Shown: positions 54,750 through 64,000 of the stretch, piece after piece
Layout: every line of letters starts with the position of its first letter
Numbering within the stretch: the stretch's first letter is position 1
Source of the DNA: Octopus sinensis
Lineage: Eukaryota
DNA: 64,000 bases
Assembly (NCBI RefSeq): GCF_006345805.1
Contig: NC_043019.1
Coordinates: 15,499,360-15,563,359, forward strand
Direction of reading: 5' to 3'
Translations under genes and position numbers: made by a program
Notes under the pieces: generated by a model
The model's database searches: none
What the model saw: the letters and a program-made list of their open reading frames with translations, nothing else
What the model was told of the DNA's origin: nothing

Positions 54750-55100
54750 ATTGCCAGTGTTGCCTGACTGGCTCCTGTGCCAGTGGCACGTAAAAATCAC
54801 CATTCAAGCATTGTCGTTGCCAGTGCCGCCTGACTACCTCCTGTACTGGTGGCACGTAAAAAGCACCATTTGAGTATGGTCAATGCCAGTACTGCCTGAC
54901 TGGCCCTTGTTCCGGTGGCACGTAAAAAGCACCCACTACACTCTCAGAGTGGTTGGCATTAGGAAGGGCATCCAGCTGTAGAAACTCTACCAGATCAGAT
55001 GGAGCCTGGTGCAGCCTTCTGGCTTGTTAGCGCTCTGTTAAACCGTCTAACCCATGCCAGCATGGAAAGCAGACGTTAAACAACAAAGATGATGATAATA
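54750..55100 (-). mobile_element. SINE family B copy with internal 66-bp tandem units
   Basis: Anchor ggcacgtaaaaa at 54785, 54851 and 54917. Confidence 0.8.
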
Positions 55101-55811
55101 ATGTATATATATATATATATTCTTTTACTTGTTTCAGTCATTAGACTGTGACCCTAACCATCTTGAAGAATTTTAGACAAACAAAACCTGGTACTTATTC
55201 TGTCAGTCTCTTATGCCAAACCACTAGATTACAGGGATGTCCCTCACCACCTCACTCTCCTCTGTCCACTCCACATACATCTTCTCCCTGTACCTTGAGA
55301 GTATGCCCTGACACATCTTCACTACCATCCTTTCTTTTCCTCTTTTCTCTTACTGGGGTTGCTATGTATCTTCTCTGCAACAAGACACCTGTTTCTGGCC
55401 CTCTATTATAGTTTAACCTCTCATCACTTGGCACAAAGCCTATCTCTCTCAATACTACTCTTCCCTCAATTGAATGCTTGTTGTCTTTGTCTTGCATATT
55501 ACTTAGTGAATTGGCCGGTGCTAGTGCTACATATAAAAGCTCCCTTTCACTCTGTATTATGAAGGTTATCCAGCTGAAGAAACCATGCCAAAAGAGAGCA
55601 GAAGAGCTCTGTGCAAACCTTTGGTTAGCCAACTTCTGTTAAACCATCCAGCCCATGTAAGAATTGAAAATGAACATTAAATGATGATGATGATTTATGT
55701 AAATATATGTTCATATTCAATTATATAGGTATTCAATCTGACCCATGCAGGTATGGAAAAGTGGATGCTAAAACTATGATGATGTTCGTATATATATATA
55801 TATATAAAATA

Positions 55812-56117
55812 CAGTGTACATTTAAACACATTTAGAGGTATCCATCATAGGACTCCCTTACGCTAGAAGTCCAAACTACTAATTAGGGATAAATTCTCAA
55901 AGGGAATAAAAAATAAAAACATTTACCATCTATTTCCCAGACTTCGCCTGGCAAATTATTTTATTTAGTACATGGTCCAGGAAATAGATGGTAAATGTTT
56001 TTATTTTTCATTCCCTTCGAGAATTTATCCCTAATTAGTGGTTTGGACTTTAGCTGTTCCTTCTAGCGTAAGGGAGTCTTATGATTGATACCTCTTAATG
56101 GGTTTAAATGTACACTA
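55812..56117. mobile_element. Foldback Tc1/mariner-type MITE, 306 bp with about 130-140 bp inverted arms
   Basis: Left end TA|CAGTGTACA and right end TGTACACTA|TA. Arms match throughout apart from scattered substitutions and a 12-bp indel, with a spacer of about 35-40 nt. Confidence 0.9.
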
Positions 56118-57177
56118 TATTTATAAGAATAATATATAGTCTATTGACTAATTTTTCTATACACTAGGCCACTGGTAGTAAAAATTCCTATAATCTTTAT
56201 TACCCTGATATTAATTATGTGTCTGTGTATATATATATATATATAAAATGATGACTGTCCTCTTGTGACCAAGGAAGACCATCTCTGACCGTTTCCTATG
56301 CAAAATACCAATAATGCCCATGCATGAGCTTATTGCACCAACAGTTGGTTTCACCCAGGTTCACATCTGTGGCTCCTATGCTTGCTGTGGTACTCTCCTA
56401 CTTGTCGGGGCAACAGATAGTTCCCTCGCCAGCAATTGTACAATCTATAATTTTAGGTCCTACAGATTCACAGATCCTCCCCAACTTACTGACACAATCC
56501 TGAAACAAACCAGGGCAAGATATCCAGTACCAATATAGATCACAGGCTGAGGAATATGGGAACAGCATGATCTTAAGCGCAAGCAAAAGATACCCAAAAT
56601 GCCATTTTGGAGATTTTTCAACGCCATTCCCTGCATATTTAGCTTTACATCAGAGTGACCTTCTAGAAACATGTTTTAACAAAAGCTGAAGGGTGCCTCC
56701 CTCCCAGTGGTCTCCAAGGATGCCAGGCATCAACTTGGAATCTCAGTGGGCCCGTGCTATTGCTCAATAGTTGTTGAGCATATAGTAGGTTAATCCGTTC
56801 TTTTGTTAGGTTTTGCTTTTAGTCCTGCTGGGTTTCTAGCAACCCTCCTCACCAGGCAAGCCTAGTGGGGGTGCCGGTTTAGTCACCAATGACCCAACAA
56901 TGCAACAGGTTGTACTGGCTTCCATGTTACTTGTAACACTCATGAGAGACCTCACAAATGACCTGACATGTATGTATTGTTTGTAATTCATGTACAATAT
57001 CTTCGCATGTATAATTACAGATATTGCATACTCAGTTGTAATATACAATCAACACTAGTATAGTGTTCTGTTACTTTATGCACAGAGCATGTATTCTATT
57101 TCAGTAAAGTATCACAATCGAACGAAATAGATAATGGAAAAGCCACACAAGTCGGAAATAAAATTCATGTTTCACCT

Positions 57178-57350
57178 TTGTGTATATATGTATGTATGTA
57201 TGTATGTGTGTGTGTACACATATATTATATACATATATGTATACGTATGTATGTATATGTATGTATGTATGTGTATATATATATGTATGTATGTATGTGT
57301 ATATATATGATATATATATATGTGTGCGTGTGTGTGTTTGAGAGAGAGAG
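57178..57350. repeat. Compound (TATG)/(TA)/(TG)/(GA) microsatellite
   Basis: Directly visible. It produces a spurious YIYVCM-type ORF. Confidence 0.9.
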
Positions 57351-58215
57351 AGAGTGTTTTACGTGCTTCTGCACTCCAGTGCAGTACTATAAATGTGGGG
57401 CTCCACCTGCATTAATATATAATTAAATTACATAAATGGTCTGCCTGGACCACAATGGGCCCTGATGTTTAGTATGGAAGCACCTAAGGTAACAATGGCT
57501 GTGACATTCAGCTTAAGTGGCCAGCATGAAATAAAAACCTTGTGGGTAATATTTTACATTTAATTTATAATTATAAAAACCTTGTAGTTGTGCAGAGGAG
57601 TGGCTGTGTGTTAAGAAGCTTGCTTACCAATCACATGATTCCAGGTTCAGTCCCACTGTGTGGCACCTTGCAAAAGTGTCTTCTGCTATAGCCTTGGGCT
57701 GACCAAATCCTTGTGACTGAATTTGATAAACGGAAACTGAAAGAAGTGTGTCATATATATATATATATATATAATGTTTGTGTGTCTGTGTCCCCCCCAC
57801 CTCCGTCATCGCTTGACAACCAATGTTTGTTTGTTTACGTCCCTGTAGCTTAGTGGTTCAGCAAATGAGACTGATAGAGTAAGTACTAGGTGTACTAAGA
57901 TAAGTCCTGGGGTTGATTCATTCGACTAAAGGTGGTGCTCTAGCATGGCCGCAGTCAAGTTACTGAAACCAGTAAAAAAGAATATACACACACATTTATT
58001 TGGTAAATGTCTATGTACAAAACTCTAGGCCCTTGAGACACTCTCCCCCCTATATGTGTGTGTGTTTTTGTAGAGAGAGTAAGAGAAGGAATGTTGACAG
58101 AAAGAATGCTGTGCTGGTAGTTGTATTATGAAGATCAATATATTCAACTCTTTAGTTCAGTAATGTGTGTGTGTGTGTGTTACAGCCTGACATTCCGGTC
58201 ATTGCTATATATATA

Positions 58216-58279
<64 letters not shown>

Positions 58280-59876
58280 AACATGGCTGTGTTGTCCAGG
58301 GTATCTACTTCATGACAACGTGTTTTTTGAGTTCCATCCCATTTTCTGGCATTGTGGTCAGGTGTCCTTGTCTATAGCTTTGGGCTGACCAAGATCTTGT
58401 GGGTGAAATTGGTAGACAGAAACTGTATGCAGGACCATTGTCAGTCTTCTTTTATGCTCTTGTGAACCTTTTTGCCCACCCAGCCATCCTCAATTCTATC
58501 TCCCTTTTCTCTCTTTATACACTTTGTACCTTGAGGTTACACCCTGTTACCGCATTTCCACCATTCTTTTTCCCTTTCCTATTGTGGTGATCATCTATTT
58601 CCCCTATAGCAAGACACATGTTCCTCTCCTTCTTTCCTAATTTAACCTTTCATCACCTGGCTCAAAGACATCTCCCTTGAAACTACACACCCCTTCTGTC
58701 AGAGGGTATTGTCTTGTGAGTTACTTGGTGAGCTCATTATTGCTGGCGTCATGAAAAAAAAGGATCCACAATACTCTGAAAAGTAGTTGGCATTAGGAAG
58801 GGTACCCAGCTGTAGAAATTGAGCCCTCAAGCCAGTTTGATCCTGTCAGACTGTTCAACTGTATTCCATGCAGGTATTGAATACAGATGTTAAACGATGA
58901 TGTGGATGAATATGTGGGGGATGTATATATGTCGTCACATGTGTAGAGCTACTGGACTTGTTAATAGGGAGTGTCAATACAACACTGCTATAATCTTTGC
59001 ACCAGTGGGTTCCTACAGAAATATGGCATGTAAATATGAACATGGACACACACGCACTTATGGATGTGTGTGTGTGTGTAGTTTCCACTTATCAGTTCTT
59101 TTCACAAGGCATTGGTCAGTCTGAGGTGACAGAGAAGACATTTGCCTAAGATGCCATGCTGTGAAGTAGAATTTGAAACCAAGTTGTTATGATATTCACT
59201 CCATATCTACACAACTATACTTGCTGTACCTACATACATACATACATACGTATATGTGTTCACTTCGAGGATGTGCAAATGGATGGACCCTGATGAAGCT
59301 GCACCAATAATATTGCAAGGTTGCATTTGCAACAGTGAGTGGCCGCTGTAGTGGAAACACATGTTGGTCATTATGATATGCTGTATGTAACTATAAAATA
59401 AACTTTGTGGAGGTACAAGTTTCCATATTCTTTATTATTATTAATATTAATTTACACTCCAGACAATTTTTACTGCCCAGCAAAGAGAACATGGAATTAC
59501 CCATTGGAAGAATTCATGGCATGACTAACAACTAAATGTAGTCACAGACGTTAGATACTCATTAGTTAGCCATTAACTGGAAGTTAACTGAGAACTAATA
59601 TGGTATCTGCCCGGATAATATATCCCTCCAACACACACACACACATATATTTCATGTTATGCTAAGAAGCAGTGATGGGAGGGTTGCATGTGTAATGATT
59701 GCATTTCCTATTGTGTATTATGCAAACCTGGAATGTATTCATTAAATGATCTCAGAATATTGTTATTTGGTTTGACTTCAATTTTATAATTATTGTAAGA
59801 TGAGAGGGTAACACTGTTAGTAGGAAAGGTTTGGAAGGTAATGGAGGTGGGTAAAATGAAATAAATAAAAAAAAAA

Positions 59877-60248
59877 GGAGTGGCTGTGTGGTAAGTAGCT
59901 TGTTTACCAATCACATGGTTCCAGGTTCAGTCCCACTGCATGGCACCTTGGGCAAGTGTCTTCTATAGCCTCGGGCCAAACAAAGCCTTGTGAGTGGATT
60001 TGGTAGAAAGAAACTGAAAGAAACCTGTTATGTATATATGTGTGTGTGTGTGCGTCTGTGTTTGTCCCCACCACCATTGCTTGACGACCGATGCTGGTGT
60101 GCTTACATCTCCATAACTTAACGGTTCGGCAAAAGAGACCGATAGGATAAGTACTAGGCTTACAAAGAATGAGTTCTGGGGTTGATTTGTTTTACTAAAG
60201 GCAGTGCTTCAGCATGGCCACAGTCAAATTACTGAAACAAACAAAAGA
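59877..60248 (+). mobile_element. SINE family A, near-complete copy (most abundant repeat in the window)
   Basis: Runs from ggctgtgtggtaag..ggttcagtcccactg through ggatttggtaga, a (TG)n tract and ..actgaaaca. Other copies occur near 4020, 10110, 22120, 25404, 26170, 30243, 57597 and 58270 (+), and 1, 1320, 7140, 7560, 8890, 9330, 29140, 45420, 63230 and 63700 (-). Confidence 0.85.
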
Positions 60249-61685
60249 GTATAAAGTAAAAAGCAGAAATTGTAGTGTAGGAGGAGGTTTAAATGTCCGT
60301 AAAAGATTTTTGGATATGGAAGTTTTTAAGGTTCATAGCTGTAAGGGATGAAGGATATGTAAAAGGTTCTGTAATGGGATGCTTCTGGCTTAAACTGACT
60401 TCATCTTCATTGTTTAATGTCCATTTTCCATGCTGGCATGGGTTGGATGGTTTGGTATGGAGCTGGCCAGACTCCAGTTGTCTGTTGTGGCATGGTTCCT
60501 ATGGATGCACTTCCTAATGCCAACCATTTTACAAAGTGTGCTGGGTTCTTTTTATGTGCCACTGGCATGGGTGTGTCTATGCAGCATCAACACAAGTGCA
60601 TTTTCTGTGGCGCCAGCTCCTGCAGAGGACAAGCCTGTATATATCGATGATAATGATTTTACTTAGCTTCACATAGCTACTCAACAACAGCAAATTGCCA
60701 CAACTTCCAGTCCCTTGTCATTTCCTCAGTGATACCCAGTGTCCGAAGATCCTTTCTTACCACTTCATCCTACGTCTTCCTGGGTCTACCCCTTCCACAC
60801 GTTCCCTCCACAGAGCTTGGCACTTCTTTATGCAGCGGTCCTCATCCATACGCTCTTCTTTATGCATCAAATTTATATGTTAATTTCAATTTTTGATTTC
60901 TTGCCATGCTGCATCATTATGTACATTTGTTTGTGTAATGCACACTATTGCATCAATCCATCACAGAATTTTTGAAACAGCTGTAAAGAATTACCATAGA
61001 TTATCCTCTTTCTTATTAATTATATTTTCACTTTTGTAATATCTGTATATCTATCTTGAAGGACTACCATAGCCTATCTCTCCCCTTAATTATATCTATG
61101 TTTATGCTATATATATTGTCTTTTATCTTAATTATCTTTTGCTTGACCAGTGCATTCCTTCTAGCCAACTCTTGTTCTACTGGACAATTTTTACCAATTT
61201 TTAAGAACTAGATCTGCTTTGAGTACAAATCTGCTCTATATATTTTTACACCTTTTTAACATATTCTCACCTGTGCATGTGTGTATGTGAGTGTAGTTTC
61301 TTTGTGTATAGACTTAAACATTTATATATTTCATTTATTGGTCTATCGATAACATTTTCCCTTCTTTTTATATATGTCTTATTTATGCTAATTAGTCTAC
61401 ATTCATTCTCTTCTCACTAGTTTTCTAGATACCCCCTCTACCATCATGGTTATCTTAATATATTTACGCAATGCTCCCTTCCACCAAATCACACACACAC
61501 CCATACCTAACACTCTACATGGTTGGTATATTCTGTCAATATCAGGCTTAGGTTTGCTGATTTGAAATAACTGACATCAGTGGGGGGTTTCCTAGTTTTT
61601 TTGTTTTGCTTGCTCAATAAGCTTTCATTTTGGTGAACTTACAGCTTACATTGAATATGTACTATATAACTTAAATATCAAGTGT

Positions 61686-61893
61686 ATGTGCGTATGTGCA
61701 TACACACATATATATGAATATATATTAATGTGTGTGTGTGTGTGTATATTTATTTATACATATATATATGTATATATATATGTATGTATATATATATATG
61801 TATATATATATATGTATATGTATACATATATATGTATATGTATACATATATATGTATATATATGTATATATATATGTATATATATGTATATAT

Positions 61894-61925
<32 letters not shown>

Positions 61926-61990
61926 CACATACATACATACACATATAGACATAAGTGCACACATACACATATACTTACATATGTACGTAT
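61686..61990. repeat. About 300-bp compound (TA)/(TATG)/(CA) low-complexity tract
   Basis: Directly visible. It is the source of five overlapping artefactual ORFs. Confidence 0.95.
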
Positions 61991-64000
61991 CAATACCTAT
62001 TATTTTTTATTATGCTTTTGGCATTGAATGCAACAATATTTAATATTAATCTAATGCTTTGTCTCCCTTTCTTCCTCTCTCTCCCCCTCCCCTTCCTCTC
62101 CCCTCTCTCCCCCTGCCTGTGTTTTCCTTTTACTTCTAATGTTCTTCATTTACGTGTGTAAGTAATTTCATATCTGTTTCAAACATTTCTAAATATTTAT
62201 ATGGTTGTCATCTTTGTTCTGTTTCTCCCATTTCTTTTCTCTAATTGCTAATATTCTATATTTCTGTTAATTTACCTCTTTTTCTTTCTTTTTTTTTTAG
62301 AGTAACTTCAGTTTTGATATTTATTATTATTATTATGTTTTTTTTCTTTTTGGTTTGTTTGTTTAAATCTTTGTTTGTTTAAATCTTTGTAGTATTTTCT
62401 GCAGATGGTTGTCGTTTTTCCTAAACAATTTTAGGTCATCACATTACAGAAGGTTTTATAAAATATTCATAGCACTTGAAGCTGTAGCTAGCTTGATTTA
62501 ACAAATTCATTTATGGCATTAGATGTAAGCAGAAAAAGTATTGGCGTCTCCTTAACTTAGACCGATTACACTATTTTTCTTTTTTTCTTCTTATTTTAAA
62601 TATTGGCTTAGAAACATGTGAGGGTTGGTGACAGGGAGGGTATCCAGCCATAGAAAATCTTCCTTGACGAATTGTGTTTGACCTATGAAAGCATGGAAAA
62701 GTGGTTGTTAAAACGATGATGATGTTTTGGCTGGATGTAATGAATTAATGAATCTATTGATCTTAGCATGGATAGTGACCAGTGGTGAATGTGGATTGGT
62801 CATGTGATGAAGACACAGCATCTCTTAGGTTATGGATTGTTCCTTGTGGAAAATGGAAGAGAATGCTGATGAAGGCAAAAGCAAAAATCAATGCGTCTAA
62901 CAAAAAATAACTTGTAGTGTATCCGTCTATCTCAGTTGTCTTTCACCTTCACATTGCTTCCACCTTTCCACCATCTCTCAAGATCAATAATATAAGTTAC
63001 AAAAATACCAGGGTGGATATAATTAATTAAAATCCTTATGGAACTTTGAGGCATTGCCAGCTCCTGCCAAACTGTCCGACCCATACCAGCATGGAAAACA
63101 AACATTAAATGATGATGATGATGATTAAATTGGTATCTCTCTTTCTCTCTCTCTCTCCCTCTCGTCATGCTACTCTCTTGATAGGTGGTTCACACATTCC
63201 CCATCCAACAGGTTATGCCTTTTTTTCAACAGTTTTTTGGTCATAGTAGAAGACACTTGCCCAAAGTGCCATGCAGTGGGACTGAACCTAGATCCATGTT
63301 GTTAGAAGAAAAAAAAAGCCACAGAGCCATTCTTGCACCTACATTGGTGAATTTTTTCCCACTGTTCTTGACTCTGAGCTGTCTTTAATGACCTTTCTCT
63401 CTCAAGTCCTGTTGGTTCTAAGTTGTCATCGATGCTTCTGTAACTTTGCTTTTATTCTCAGTAGAAGGGGTTAGCTCTATGTAAACCCATTTTTACCTCT
63501 GGGAAGACGTGATCCACATTAGTCTAGTCTCTATCCTTTCACCTGTCCAGCAAAGCAGGCCCCTACCAGCAGCTCATGCTCTGCTGGCATAGCTCTCAGG
63601 GACATTGAGGCGCCCAAGGACTGGACCTTGTGTTGAGGTGTTTGACTGAGTGACAGGTTAATTCTACCATAGTTTCTCTGAGAATTTTTCATGCAGTTTC
63701 TATCCACCAAATTTAGTTCATGGGGCTTCGGTCTACCCAAGGCTGTGGCGGAAGACACACAATTGCTCAAGGTGCCCACATTGTTGGAAAGCAGATTTCT
63801 AAACTACATAGAGCCAACCCTTTTGCTTGTCTCAGAAATAATCATTACTATTTATTGATGTTGTTGGCTAAATGAGCTGGACAAAGATCTTAATCACACA
63901 TTTATATCTGTGGCCATGTGAGCAATAATTAGTATTGATGCAGGCATGGCTGTCTGGTTAAGAAGTTTACTCTCTAACTACATGAGCTTAGGCTCAGGTC

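Noticed and set aside
60900-61260. Possible LINE or Penelope fragment (also 13330-13860, 26420-26880 and 56260-57050)
   Set aside because: Probably decayed retroelements, but I could not recover a diagnostic motif, so no family call was made.
61686-62027. ORFs rich in Y/I/C/V/M/H/T, also at 5378-5682, 18726-18995, 35764-35979, 47076-47294, 57178-57426 and 58165-58377
   Set aside because: They are translations of (TA)n, (TG)n and (CA)n microsatellites, not proteins.

Overview
AT-rich eukaryotic DNA packed with SINEs, RTE and R4-type LINE fragments, Tc1/mariner relics, MITEs and microsatellites. The repeat families look like those of an octopus genome (inferred, not searched). The ORF track misses the two real genes because their exons are short. 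(1) Rac1 lies on the minus strand: coding exons 1-3 at 36904-36938, 17164-17235 and 7983-8100 encode [75 protein letters not shown], and the remaining exons appear to lie left of the window. (2) WDR13 lies on the plus strand: its first coding exon is 37327-37405 ([26 protein letters not shown]), and no second exon was found in the window. The genes are head-to-head with 388 bp between start codons. The best leads concern possible Rac1 isoforms: a second ETS+YY1 promoter-like module in intron 1 whose putative first exon splices in frame to exon 2 and rewrites the P-loop, an in-frame 18/21-nt microexon candidate inside switch I, and a possible poison exon. Other leads are a CAGGTA motif cluster, a CpG-rich palindrome, and several intronic hairpins or foldbacks that could be dsRNA or editing substrates. 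No CRISPR array, rRNA or genuine tRNA was seen. All coordinates were counted by hand and repeat boundaries are approximate.
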